Shown here one piece after another: positions 49,960 to 63,345 of a stretch of 64,000 nt of DNA. How positions within the stretch are numbered: position 1 is the first letter of the stretch; every line of letters begins with the position of its first letter. The notes under the pieces are model-generated. The model did no database searches and was not told the DNA's origin. It saw only the letters and a program-made list of their open reading frames with translations. Made by a program: the position numbers and the translations under genes. The stretch spans positions 24,056,001-24,120,000 of the forward strand of contig NC_086106.1 in NCBI RefSeq assembly GCF_963921235.1, in the 5' to 3' direction. Source of the stretch: Mobula hypostoma. Taxonomy: Eukaryota.

Positions 49960-52900
49960 AATTCTCTTTCTTTCTTTTCAAATCTTTTTATTGTATATAT
50001 AGAAAAAAAACAATATGAGTACATCGAAGTAACAACACTTACAATGCCTCAAAAAACATCATATTAAAGATTGAAAACAAAATTTTGTGATAACAAACAA
50101 AACAAGTTACTGAGCAAAAAGGTGAGGGGGAAAAAAAGAACCCATTTGGTGTACAACCCCGGAGCCGTGCGTCGGACAAAAAAGCTTTTAAAAATAAACA
50201 TCAAACTGCCAGCAAGAAAAGAAAATATACTAAAAAAATACAATTAGATCGTTGAAAAATTATATCAATTAAGTCAAATGATAATAACGAGCAAATGAGC
50301 CCCACCTTTTCTAAAAATCAAATGAATGTTCAAAGGTTCGACTTTTAATTTTCTCCAAACTAAGACATAGCATCAGTTTAGAGAACTATTGTGACAAAGT
50401 GGGAGCTGATGTATCTTTCCACTTCAACAAAATGGCCCTCCTAGCTATCAATTTAACAAATGCAATAACATGTTATCAGACACAGAAATACCATGAATAT
50501 TTTGAGGAACTATTCCAAACAGCACAGTTAATTTATCAGGTTGTAAATTAATTTTAAGTGCTTCAGAAATTGTTCAGAAAACCGACTTCCAGAACTGTTC
50601 CAATATAGAACAAGACCAAAACATATGTGTTAGTGTAGCTATCTCAGTTTTATATCTATCACAATGACTATCAACATTACGAAAGATTTTAGAAAGTCTC
50701 TCCTTTGTCAAATGATAACGATACACAATTTTAAATTAAATCAGTGAACGGCTAGCACAAATTGAAGAAGAGTTAAGCAACTTCAATATCCGCATCTAAT
50801 CCTCCGTCATAAAATTCAAATTAATTTCATTTTCCCAATCCTGTTTAATCTTAGACAACAGACGCTTGTCCCACTGTAATATGATATTATAAATTCTTCC
50901 AATAAAACCCTTAATCAAAGGATTCATACTCATAATAGTATCTAACAGGTCAGCCTCCAATATGTAAGGAAAATTACTTGAATATTTTTGTAAAATATTT
51001 GAACGTATTACAGTTGAACGTATTACAGGAAATGTGAGTATGAAAGAGAATATTTGTCACTTAATTGTTCAAAGGAAATCAATCTATCGTCGTTAAATAA
51101 ATCAAAACAAAATAATACCTTTATTTTTCCAAAGTAAAAATGTTGGATCACTCAAAGAAGGCTTTAAAAAGTAATTTCGGTAAATTAAACTACAAAGTTT
51201 AAATTTTTTAAGATTAAAAAAAAATGCGCAACTAGAGACAAATTTAAGGATTAGGATTTAATCACAGGATCTAGGTTTAAATTAACAACTTTACCTAATT
51301 GCATAGGTAAAGGACCCCGAAAGAACGAGGTTAAATAAAACTGCTTTACAACTTTTAGTTCCAGGTCTACCCAAATTGGCCGATCACTCTTATCAACCCA
51401 GTATAACCAAAAAAACATGTTTCGCAGATTAACAGCCCAATAATACATTTTTAACTTAGGCAAAGCAAGACCTCCATCCTTTTTCAATTTTTGTAAATGA
51501 CATTTACTAATTCTTGGTCTTTTATTATTCCAAATAAAAGAAAAGGTAATAGAATCAATCCGATTTAAAAAAAAACTTCCTAGTCAAAAAAAAGGAATAT
51601 TCTGAAATAAATATAAAAAAATCGGTAGAATCATCATTTTAACTATATGAATACGACCAACAAGTGAAAATGTAACTGTGCTCCATCTACTAAATAAACA
51701 CTTCATAGAGTCTACTAAGGGAACAAAAATTCGTTTTATAAAGATCCTTTTTTTTTAGTAATTATAATACCACAATATCTATAAGAGTCTGAAACTTTAA
51801 AAGGAGCATATCATATATAGAAACAGAATCATTTAAAGGAAACAATTCAATTTTACTAAAATTAATTTTATATCTTGAAAAACCTCCGAATTCATTAAAT
51901 AATTTTAGTAGGGCAGGAATGGATTCGTCAGGGTTTGATATATAAACCGATAAATCATCAGCATAAAGAGAGACCTTATGCATGGTCTCATTCACAAAGA
52001 TCCCATGGATGTTTTTTGCCTCACGAAGAGCAATAGCAAGGGGTTCTAATATTAGTTAAACAACAAAGGACTTAATGGACAGCCTTGCCTTGTCCCCCGG
52101 GAAAGCTGAAAAAAAGGAGATCTACAATTGTTCGTGACAACAGTAGCAATAGGGACTTTATATATCATTTTAATCCAATTATTAAAATTAACACCAAAGC
52201 CAAATTTCTCTAAAACATTGAATAAATATTTCCATTCAACTTGGCCGAATGCTTATTCAGCATCCAAAGATACAACACATTGTGGAATTTTAGAAGAGGA
52301 TGAATATATAATGATAAGTCGTCTCCGGACATTTGAAAATGAATGGCGACCGTTTATAAAGCCTGTTTGATCTTTACAAATAATTTTACCCAAAATATTC
52401 TCCAACTGATTTGCCATTATCTTTGACAAAATCTTAGCGTCAACATTCAATAATGAAATAGGTCTATATGCAGCACAGTCAGTAGGATCGTTATCTTTTT
52501 TTAAGAATTAAAGAAATAGGGACCTCATAAAAAGTAGAAGGTAAGTCACCTTTCATAAAAGAATCGTTAAACATTTCCAACATATACGGAGAGAACAACT
52601 TTCCAATGTTTTAATAAAATTTAACGGGATAGCATCAAGTCCTAAGGACTTACCAGATTACACTGGAAAAAAAAAAGATAGCCTTGTGAATTTCGGCTTC
52701 AGTAATTTGAGCATCGAGAACCTTTTGATCCTCAGCCGAGATTTCAGGAAAAACAATCTTTCGTAAAGAAAAAAGCATTCATTTTAGAGGAATCTAAGGG
52801 ACATTGAGATTTATATAACTCAGCATAAAAGTCTTGAAAAATCTTATTAATTTTCTCATATTCCTGAGCTAAGGTACCATCTATCCTACGAATTTTCATG

Positions 52901-53241
52901 ATTTGCCTTTTGGCTGCAACTATTTTTTTACAGAGATGCAAGTATTTTATTATTTTTATCTCCGGACATATAAATTTGGCTCTTTAACTTAAGCAAATAA
53001 CGTTCAATGGGATGAGTTAATAACAGGTTCTATTGTGATTGAAGTTCCACCCTGTGTTTAAATAAATCCGTATTGGGGGAAATTGCATAAATATTATCTA
53101 AATCTTTAATTTGTTTTGAAATTCTATCTAAATCTGCTTTAGTTAGTTGTTTTTTTTTTACGTTTAGCTGAATAAGAAATTATCTGACCACGTAAAAATG
53201 CTTCAAATGTATCCCATATAAGGAATTTAGACATTTCCATA
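49960..53241 (-). mobile_element. 5'-truncated L1 (Tx1/L1 fish type), degraded ORF2
   Basis: T-rich tail at ~49960; [31 protein letters not shown] motifs on the minus strand. Confidence 0.9.
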
Positions 53242-53949
53242 AGGCATGTTCTCCATTCCACGCGACATCCCTATCAATCTCCTCTGGGCTTTCGCTATAG
53301 CATTCACATCCTACCTGTAATGAGGTGACCAGAAGTGGAGAAAGTACTCAAGTGGGGCCTAACTAATGTCTTATTCTGTGCATTTTTGCGGCAATGAAAT
53401 AGAAAGAGCTCAGTGGGATTTCCTGACTTCCAATTTATGGGAGAAAAGGGAAGATATGTCAAATGACGTGAGTTAAAATCAGGCTATACTTTACCAACCT
53501 TGCCGTCGTAGCAGTAAACAGATTTAACAATTTCAAATATTGATGGCTGAATTAAATCTAAATTTGTATTTAATAAAAAAGTATTTTATGGTACTATGAG
53601 AGCTAGCAATACTCCCTGCTTTAGTAAATCGGTCATTTCCGACTTTGCAGTCAAGAGATAGTAAGAACTGCTCATGGTTTCGGAGATCTATGCATATCTG
53701 TATAACAGGATTCACATGAGTATTGACAAGATTGGACGTATTTAGTTGTCAGAAGGACTTAGATGACTTCAGCCTTCGTTCCTTCAAACGATTTGAACTA
53801 CAAAGTATGCCAACAGAAGAAGATCAGATTATCAGACATCTATAACGCAGAGCGTACTGTTCTCCGTGCTTGCCCGTTTATTACTCAATCACAAAGAGCT
53901 GAAGATAATTTGAGAGCATGAGTGGACACCTCAATGCTTAAAGGCCCCT

Positions 53950-54285
53950 ATAGAGCAGAAGTGGAGATGTTTCGTGTGGTGGAGGCGTCAAAGCAAGTGT
54001 GTAGAGCAGCAGTACAGAGGGAAGTCCTTTTATTAAAGAGATGAGAAGGAAATTAAATCGTCAAACAGTGGTGGATCTATGGAATTCATCACAACCGGCG
54101 GGTTTGGAGGCAAGTAATCACGTATATTTAAGGCAGAGTCCGATAAAGTTTTGAATAGTCCGGGAATGAAGGCAGATTTTTCGAACTGAGAGGTGAAATA
54201 GATGATCTATGATAAAATAAGGAGCAGATACGATGGGACAAGTGGCCGATTTGTGATCCTGTATATTATGTTGTTCTGGTCTTAT
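53950..54285 (+). mobile_element. Old CR1 3' fragment (paralog ~61060-61400)
   Basis: VVDLWNS relic and CR1-type 3' UTR. Confidence 0.6.
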
Positions 54286-54534
54286 CTTATTGTCGAATAA
54301 TATAAACGGAAAACCGCCTAAAATCAACTTCGGCTTAAATAAATATTTGGACATTTTTTTAGGTGCATTACTTCTTCTCCTGCGAATTAAATGGCCGGAT
54401 TCTCAGCTAAAACAGTATTTCCATCTTCTTCCTATTTTCTACTGAAATGAGACAAAATCAACTCAGTCTTTTCAAAGATCCAAAGATTCAGAGGTTCAAA
54501 AGTCCGGTTTAACGTCAGAAAACTGTATACAGAC

Positions 54535-55045
54535 AACATGAAATAATACAGCACAGTACAGGCCCTTCGGCGCACAATCTTGTACCGACCATTGAACCCT
54601 GCCTCCCATATAACCCTCACTTTAATTTCCTCCATATACCTGTCTAGTGGTCTCTTAAATTTCGCTAGTGTATCTGTCCCCACCAGTTACTTAGGCAGTG
54701 CCTTCTACGCACCAACCACTCTTTGGGTGAAAACGTTCCTCTAAAACCCCCCTTGAACTTCCCACCACTTATATTAAAGCCATGTTCTCTTGTATTCAGC
54801 GGTGGTGCCCTGGGAAAGAGGCGCTGACTGTCCACTCCACCTGTTCCTCTTAATATCTGCAGTACCTCTATCATGTCTCCTCTGAAGCTCATTCTCTCCA
54901 CAGAGTAAACCCCTATCTCTCTTAACGTCTGATCATAATGCATACTCTCTAAACCAGGCAGCATCCTGGTTTATCTCCTCTGTACCCTTTCCAATGCTTC
55001 TATATCCTTCTTATATTGAGGCGACCGGAGCTGGATACAGTATGC
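54535..55045 (-). mobile_element. CR1 3' fragment (partial paralog 61655-61893)
   Basis: MLPGLE..LYS.ERMSFRGDMIEV..GGKFKG on the minus strand. Confidence 0.8.
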
Positions 55046-55049
55046 ATCC

Positions 55050-55730
55050 TGTAATGCTATTTCATCGCTAACATCCACGAAAACAGAGGAGTGCCCCAAA
55101 GAATGAACGACAGTTAAACGCGAGAACCCCAAATTCCCCCCAGCTCACCCTCCCCCGTGTAAGTGGCCGCAAGTAACGATCCTTCCTCTCAACCCCGGCA
55201 GAAAAAAAACTCACCCATTACCGAGCAGAAGCATTAGCTTGGCGATAGGAAAGACACAGACTTGTAGTTACCCGAAAGACTTTCTTCTTTCATCGGGCAT
55301 TCGACAAACTAGAGGCTTTGTCTTTCTCTAATAAGGGAGAAGAAGATGTCTCCCATTTTCACAGCGAGCGGGAGACAGAACAACAACCCGTTGGGTTACA
55401 ATGTTCAATATTCCTTTTCGTCGCCGTTTACGAGCTCTGTGACTGAAGATCGCAGAGATCTAGGGTCTTCATGCCCACGGGGAAATATTTTGCTTCCTCC
55501 CCTACCACACACGAGGCTCCTGCCGTGACACCAACCGTCCATCCACCCGTCTCCAGACTCCTGAGATATTAGGTTTCCAAATACGACCCGGAATTTCAGG
55601 CATGCGAACAACAACGGCGGTCGAAAAACACCGAGACGGCTCCCATTCCCGAAAACAACCAAATTCTGCCTGTAACTCTAAGTCAGCGCCTACAAAATAA
55701 TCCAGAATGGTGAAGTAAAGATATTAAAGA
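55050..55730. repeat. Unclassified LTR-like or interspersed repeat
   Basis: Starts TGTAAT; CpG-rich, non-coding block unlike its flanks; termini not resolved. Confidence 0.25.
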
Positions 55731-56187
55731 TGGAAAAAAAAAAGCTGTTTCCGAAGATGCAACAAAGCAGACGCTATTTAGAGCCATCCCAACTACGCCC
55801 CCATCTTCAATTCCAATTTCCTGCATATTCTATAAGGACACAATTGAGTTTTCTCTCTTTACCATGGCCTCTTTTAAGCAATGTTATCATCTGCATGGCA
55901 GAAGTAATTTATGTACCCCTAAGCCCTGTTTACGGGCTTTCAAGACATCGTTTATATTGAGCAAAAAAAATCGTGAATTTATCGTTCCCAAGGTTTATTA
56001 ACCCAAGAAAATTGTAAGGTTGGTGATAAAATAAACGCTGTATTATCTAATAACCATATCACCAGTGAGGCGAGATTTAACACTACTTTCGAAATTCTGA
56101 TTAAATATGACTTCAAAGTAAGATTATTTGGGTTTATTTCACACAAAGTCTACTGCTAATACGCCGTCTCTTTATTTTTTTTTCTCT

Positions 56188-56770
56188 ATGTTTGATTTGT
56201 GTGTGTTTTTTCTTCTGTTTTTTTTTTCTGTTTTGCTTTATTCGTGTCCTGTAGCAGCAGCACCGCCATTTGGTAAGTCTTGGACGTTTCCAAAAAAGAA
56301 ACCAGTCTGTCACAAGTAAAGAGTAGGGTAATTTATCTGCTATAACCTGTATTACAATACTGACAATGACAAGAACATGTCCGTGGAACACGTCGTGAAC
56401 GTAGCCAGACCTTTAGTAAATTAGTGAAGGCTTTGATGACTGTATCCAGGTCCACCTGACACTTTGTCATATCCCACATGAGATAACATGTTAACAACTG
56501 CCGTGGGCGTTATTCGAAAATGTTAGATTATAATTCATTTTGAACTCGTTAGGGATATTTCAGAGGCGACGTTGTTTCTCAAACATCCGCTGAACGGAAT
56601 AATGCATTGCCGAATTGAGCGCCACAAGCATGAAAATTCCTGAACTAATCTGGTATTGTCAGTATCGAAGCAGAAATTTGGGTCTTCTGGTGCTCACGAA
56701 GATATTGGACTGCGACCGAAAGAACGTAGTCGTGTGTAAGCGAAGCATTGTGGACATCTGCTATTTCGGA
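56188..56770 (+). pseudogene. TRAV: TCR alpha/delta V pseudogene, same family as V1/V2
   Basis: Leader ending GCAGCAGCACCGCCATTTG|GTAAG; exon GATATTTCAGAGGCGACGTTGTTTCTCAA matches V1 start; IPELIWYCQY; deletions, TGA, truncated before YYC; no RSS. Confidence 0.8.
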
Positions 56771-57699
56771 CCGTTGTCTTTTTTTTCCCCCAAAACCCTG
56801 TACATTTCCTCAGAAAATTTCGGATTTTTAACAAATTGATCCATTCACCCTATGCAGATTTCTTCGGAATCTTTGCCAGTACGCATTCGGCCAGAGAATT
56901 GCTGCTCACAGATCTTCATGCAGCAAATTGCTGCACAGCAATCCCATTATTGTTTGTTTGTTTTTTTTTTCCACTTCTTAAACGACCCTGTCCTCTCGAG
57001 GGCGCAGTTCATTCTGTTCGAATAGTCTCCTCCGTCGTGCTGATTATTTCTTTTAAAATTTGCGATGTTTCCTAACTTATTGGCGGAACGGAGCCCATCT
57101 CCAGGTTCCTAATACCCTGGTGGTACATAACGTAGCACGTGCAGAGGTTCGCGATCTTTCTTACCTGCCACCTAAGCGGTCCGACCTCTGGCTGAATTAA
57201 CGCCCAGTCCTGAAGGACCACTCAGAAGGAGATTAAAGACATGGACGGACCCTCGATTGTTGTTCACTAAGTGTCCGTCTGTAGCATGCTTCTTTCATGG
57301 GTTTTATAAATCTGGGAGTTAAAGCAGAGAATCCATCAAATTCTAGAGAGACTGAATATACGGTGCCTTGGTGCTTGAGTATCTTAAGAGAATATTGATC
57401 AGCTGGATGACGATTCAGTATTTCGCCGTACGCTTCTTAAATAAATATCGCAAACACGTATTTCAAAATACGTGTCTCCTGTTTACATATTTGAACCTCA
57501 AAAGTGCTGTCCCATGTGACATTTAGCGGCGTCATGACAGGGTTCTGAAATTGAAAGAGAAGATAAGCATTTTTAGATGGTTAATTAAGAGAGAACACCA
57601 TTAGGTAAGGGAATACGAGCCTTGCGTGGATAGAGTATCGTGCGGCATTTGATAGCCTTGCTAACATAAAGTAAGCAAGCATGTAGATTGGTCAGGTCA

Positions 57700-58469
57700 G
57701 TTAGATTACACCGGGTTTGAAACCGGAAAACACATTATACCCATACGGAACAAGTTGAAAATATCCAGGAGAGAGGACAGTAGAGGGAAACGCTCAGTCT
57801 CTTCGTTAGTGGGCAATCATTACAGAATTAAACAACAGCAGTGATAATCCCCCATAGGATGTGGAATCTGCTATGATAAAGTATCTGGCTACTGCCGCGG
57901 CCACCTATTTGAAATGATTGGTGTTGCCATTAATTGGGTCGTCGCATATGTGTAGCGATATAATTGCTTCAAGTGTTGGAGTATGTAGACGGGGATACGC
58001 GCGTGGTCAAGTACGGAATGTAAATGAGTGGACGCTGGGTGCGGGATCTGGTGTGATCCGCGAGGAGATGTTTTTAACACTGCTTCGGCAGGGGTACAGA
58101 AAGAGAGGATCGATATCATTCCTACTTCTACCTTGCTTGAGATGTGGGAGGACATCTGCGAGGAGAGGCCAAGCAAGGGTAAAAGAGTGGGTGGCATCTT
58201 TTGACCCGTCCTCGGTCAGAAGTTCGTCTGATCCAGCGTGAGTTTCCCTGCCCCAACGTCCGGATTCCATATACCTCAAGTTGGAATCATTCCGAATGGC
58301 TGGAGCAAAGGTCCACCAATGTGGCCGTCTACATCTCTCATTCCCGTTGCTGTGCGGTCTATACTGACTCGGCAGTCGCAGAAGTCATCGTGGTATGGTT
58401 GTCTCAGTGGCACGGTAAAACAAAATGGAAACATACCTAGGAGACCTCTTTGGGGGAGCTCTTTTTGAG
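57700..58469 (+). mobile_element. Retrovirus-like (class III / ERV-L-like) pol relic: connection and RNase H
   Basis: HYTHTEQ (RY.PTEKQ-like, 57733); SEWLEQR..VYTDSAVAEVIVVWLSQW..KWK..PLWG resembles the ERV-L YTDSWAVANGL.W..W motif. Confidence 0.5.
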
Positions 58470-60355
58470 AACTTTTAGTTCCAGGTCTACCCAAATTGGC
58501 CTATCACTCTTATCAAACCAGTATAACCCAAAAGGCATATATCGCAAATTAACAGCCCAATAATACATTTTTAAATTAGGCAAAGCAAGACCTCCATCCT
58601 TTTTCAATTTGTGTAAATGACATTTACTAATTCTTGGTCTTTTATTATTCCAATTAAAAGATAAGAAAATAGAATCAATACGATCAAAAAAACTTCCTAA
58701 TCAAAAAAAAACAGGAATATTCTGAAATAAATATTTAAAAAATCGGTAGAATCATCATTTTAACTATATGAATACGACCAACAAGTGAAAATGTAAGTGT
58801 GCTCCATCTACTAAATAAACACTTCATAGAATCTGCTAAGCGAACAAAAATTCGCTTAATAAAGATCCTTATTCTTTTTAGTAATTATAAACCACAATAT
58901 CTATAAGAGTCTGCAACTTTAAAAGGAGTGTTATCATATATAGAAACAGAATCATTTAAAGGAAACGATTCACTTTTACAAAAATTAATTTTATATCCTG
59001 AAAAACCTCCGAATTTATTAAATAATTTTAGTAGGGCAGGAATGGATTCGTCAGGGTTTGATATATAAACCGATAAATCATCAGCATAAAGAGAGACCTT
59101 ATGCATGGTCTCATTCACAAAGATCCCATGGATATTTTTTGCCTCACGAAGAGCAATAGCAAGGGGTTCTAATATTAAATTAAACAACAAAGGACTTAAT
59201 GCACAGCCTTGCCTTGTCCCACGTGAAAGCTGAAAAAAAGGAGACCTACAATTGTTCGTAACAACAGTAGCAATAGGGACTTTATATATCATTTTAATCC
59301 AATTATTAAAATTAACACCAAAGCCAAATTTCTCTAAAACATTGAATAAATAATTCCATTCAACTTGGCCGAACGCTTATTCAGCATCCAAAGATACAAC
59401 ACATTGTGGAATTTTAGAAGAGGATGAATATATAATGTTAAGTAGTCTCCGGACATTTGAAAAGGAATGGCGACCATTTATAAAGCCTGTTTGATCTTTA
59501 CAAATAATTTTACCCAAAATATTCTCCAACCGATTTGCCATTATCTTTGACAAAATCTTAGCGTCAACATTCAATAATGAAATAGGTCTATATGAAGCAC
59601 CGTCAGTAGGATCTTTATCTTTGTTTTAAGAATTAAAGAAATAGAGACCTCATAAAAAGTAGAGAGTAAGTCACCTTTCATAAAAGAATCGTTAAATATT
59701 TCCAACATATACAGAGAGAACAACTTTCCAATATTTTAATAAAAGTTTACGGGATAGCATCAAGTCCTGGGGCTTACCAGATTACACTGAAAAAAAAAGA
59801 TAGGTTCATGAATTTCGGCTTCAGTAATTTGAACATCGAGAACCTTTTGATCCTCAGCCGAGATTTCAGGAAAAACAATCTTTCGTAAAAAAAAAACATT
59901 CAGTTTAGAGGAATCTAACGGACATTGATATTTATATAGCTCAGCATAAAAGTCTTGAAAAATCTTATTAATTTTCTCATATTCCTGAGCTAAGGTAACA
60001 TCTTTCCTACGAATTTTGATGATTTGCCTTTTGGCTGCAATCATTTTTTTACAGAGATGCAATCAGTTTATTATTTTTATCTCCGGACATATAAAATTGG
60101 CTCTTTATCTTAAGCAAATAACCTTCAATGCGATGAGTTAATAACCGGTTCTATTGTGATTGAAGTTCCACCCTTTGTTTAAATAAATCAGTATTGGGGG
60201 AAATTGCATCAATTTATCTAAATCTTTAATTTGTTTTGAAATTCTATCTAAATCTGCTTTATATTTTTATTTTTTTTATGTTTAGCTGAATAAGAAATAA
60301 TATGACCTCGGAAAAATGCTTCAAAAGTATCCCATATAACGAATTTAGACATTTC
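58470..60355 (-). mobile_element. Duplicated part of the L1 at 51350-53241
   Basis: Near-identical colinear sequence including the YADD region. Confidence 0.9.
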
Positions 60356-61895
60356 CTAAGGCATGTTCTCGAATCCACGCGACATCCTTATTAATCTCCT
60401 CTGCGCTTTTGCTATAGCATTCACATCCTACCTGTAATGAGGTGACCAGAAGTGGAGAAAATACTCAAGTGGGGCTTAACTAATGTCTTATTCTGTGCAT
60501 TTTTGCGGCAATGAAATAGAAAGAGCTCAGTGGGATTTCCTGACTTCCAATTTATGGGAGAAAAGGGAAGATATGTCAGATGACGTGAGTTAAAATCAGG
60601 CTATACTTAGCCAGCCTTGCCGTCGTAGCAGTAAACAGATTTAACAATTTCAAATATTTATGGCTGAATTAAACCTAAATTTGTATTTAATAAAAAAGTA
60701 TTTTATGGTACTATGAGAGCTAGCAATACTCCCTGCATTAGTAAATCGGTCATCTCCGACTTTGCAGTCAAGAGATAGTAAGAACTGCTCATGGTTTCGG
60801 AGATCTATGCATATCTGTATAACAGGATTCACATGAGTATTGACAATATTGGACGTATTTAGTTGTGAAAAGAACGTAGATGACTTCAGCCTTCGTTCCT
60901 TCAAACGACTTGAACTACAAAGTATGCCAACAGAAGAAGATCAGATTATCAGACATCTATAACGCAGAGCGTACTGTTCTCCGTGCTTGCCCTTTTATTA
61001 CTCAATCACAAAGTGGCTGAAGATAATTTGAGAGCATGAGTGGACACCTCAATGCTTAAAGGCCCCTATAGAGCAGAACTGGAGATGTTTTGTGTGGTGG
61101 AGGCGTCAAAGACCAGAGTGCAGAGCCGCAGTACAGAGGGAAGTCCTTTTATTAAAGAGATGAGAAGGAAATTAAATCGTCAAACAGTGGTGTATCTGTG
61201 TAATTCATCACCACCGGCGGGTTTGGAGGCAAGTAATTACGTATATTTAAGGCAGAGTCCGGTAAAGTTTTGAATAGTCAGGGAATGAAGGCAGATTTTT
61301 CGGACTGAGAGGTGAAATACATGATCTATGATAAAATAAGGAGCAGATACGATGGGACAAGTGGCCGATTTGAGATCCTGTATATGATGTTGTTCTAGTC
61401 TTATCTTATTGTCGAATAATATAAACGGAAAACCGTCTGAAATCAACCTCGGCTTAAATTAATATTTGGACATTTTTTAATGTGCATTACTTCTTCTCCT
61501 GCGAATTAAATGGCCGGATTCTCAGCTAAAACAGTATTTCCATCTTCTTCCTATTTTCTACTGAAATGAGACAAAATCAACTCCGTCTTTTCAAAGATCC
61601 AAAGATTCAGAGGTTGAAAATTCCGGTTTAACTTTAGAAAACTGTAAACAGACAACATGGAATAGTACAGTACAGTACAGGCCCTTCGGCGCACAATCTT
61701 GTACCGACCCTTGAACCCTGCCTCCCATATAACCCTCACTTTAATTTCCTCCATATACCTGTCTAGTGGTCTCTTAAATTTCGCTAGTGTATCTGTCCCC
61801 ACCAGTTACTTAGGCAGTGCATTCTACGCACTAACCACTCTTTGGGTAAAAACGTTCCTGTAAAACCTCCCTTGAACTTCCCACCACTTATATAA

Positions 61896-63345
61896 AACAC
61901 AGAAACATAGAAACATAGAAAATAGATGCAGGAGTAGGCCATTCGGCCCTTCGAGCCTGCACCGCAATTTATTATGATCATGGCTGATCCTCCAACTCAG
62001 AACCCCGCCCCAGCCTTCCCTCCATACCCCCTGACCCCCGTAGCCCCAAGGGCCATATCTAACTCCCTCTTAAATATAGCCAACTGTTTCCTGTGGCAGA
62101 GAATTCCACAGATTCACCACTCTCTGTGTGAAGAAGTTTTTCCTAATCTCGGTCCTAAAAGGCTTCCCCTCTATCCTCAAACTGTGGCTCCTCGTTCCGG
62201 TCTTCCCCAACATCGGGAACAATCTTCCTGCATCTAGCCTGTCTAATCCCTTTAGGATCTTATACGTTTCAATCAGATCCCCCCTCAATCTTCTAAATTC
62301 CAACGAGTACAAGCCCAGTTCATCCAGTCTTTCTTCATATGAAAGTCCTGCCATCCCAGGAATCAATCTGGTGAACCTTCTTTGTACTCACTCTATGGCA
62401 AGGATGTCTTTCCTCAGACTAGGGGACCAAAACTGCACACAATACTCCAGGTGTGGTCTCACCAAGGACTTGTACAACTGCAGTAGTACCTCCCTGCTCC
62501 TGTACTCGAATCCTCTCGCTATAAATACCAGCATACCGCTCGCCTTTTTCACCCCCTGCTGTACCTGCATGCCCACTTTCAATGACTGGTGTATAATGAC
62601 ACCCAGGTCTCGTTGCACCTCCCCTTTTCCTAATCGGCCACCATTAAGATAATAGTCTGTTTTCCTATTTTTGCCACCAAAGTGGATAACTTCACATTTA
62701 TCCAAATTAAATTGCATCTGCCATGAATTTGCCCACTCACCCAACCTATCCAACTCACCCTGCATTCTCTTAGCATCCTCCTCAGAGCTAACACTGCCAC
62801 CCAGCTTCGTGTCATCCGCAAACTTGGAGATGCTGCATTTAATTCCCTCATCCAACTCATTAATATATATTGTAAACAACTGGGGTCCCAGCACTGAACC
62901 TTGCGGTACTCCACTAGTCACCGCCTGCCATTCTGAAAAGGTCACGTTTATTCCCACTCTTTGCTTCCTGTCTCCTAACCAATTCTCCACCCACACCAAT
63001 ACCTTACCCCCAATACCGTGTGCTTTAAGTTTGCACACTAATCTCCTGTGTGGGACCTTGTCAAAAGCCTTTTGAAAATCCAAATATACCACATCCACTA
63101 GTTCTCCCCTATCCACTCTACTAGTTACATCATCAAAAAAATTCTATAGGATTCGTCAGACATGATTTTCCTTTCACAAATCCATGCTGACTTTGTCCGA
63201 TCATTTCACCGCTTTCCAAATGTGCTGTTATCACATCCTTGATAACCAACTCCAGCAGTTTCCCCACCACCGACGTTAGGCTAACCGGTCTATAATTCCC
63301 CGGTTTCTCTCTCCCTCCTTTTTTTTAAAAAGTGGAGTTACATTA
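61896..63345 (-). mobile_element. Young 5'-truncated CR1 LINE with a long open RT frame
   Basis: ORF 62388-63116 (YLDFQKAF, GVPQGSVLGP, FADDTK); (GAAACATA)n tail at ~61900-61925; absent from copy 1 at 54776. Confidence 0.93.

Larger units (their letters stand above)
51350..58469 (+). repeat. Second tandem duplication unit (7.12 kb), copy 1
   Basis: 51350-54776 matches 58470-61893 at over 90% by eye; junction at 58469/58470. Confidence 0.88.

Noticed and set aside
62128-63075. Long + strand ORFs (174 and 134 aa)
   Set aside because: Antisense shadows of the CR1 RT frame.
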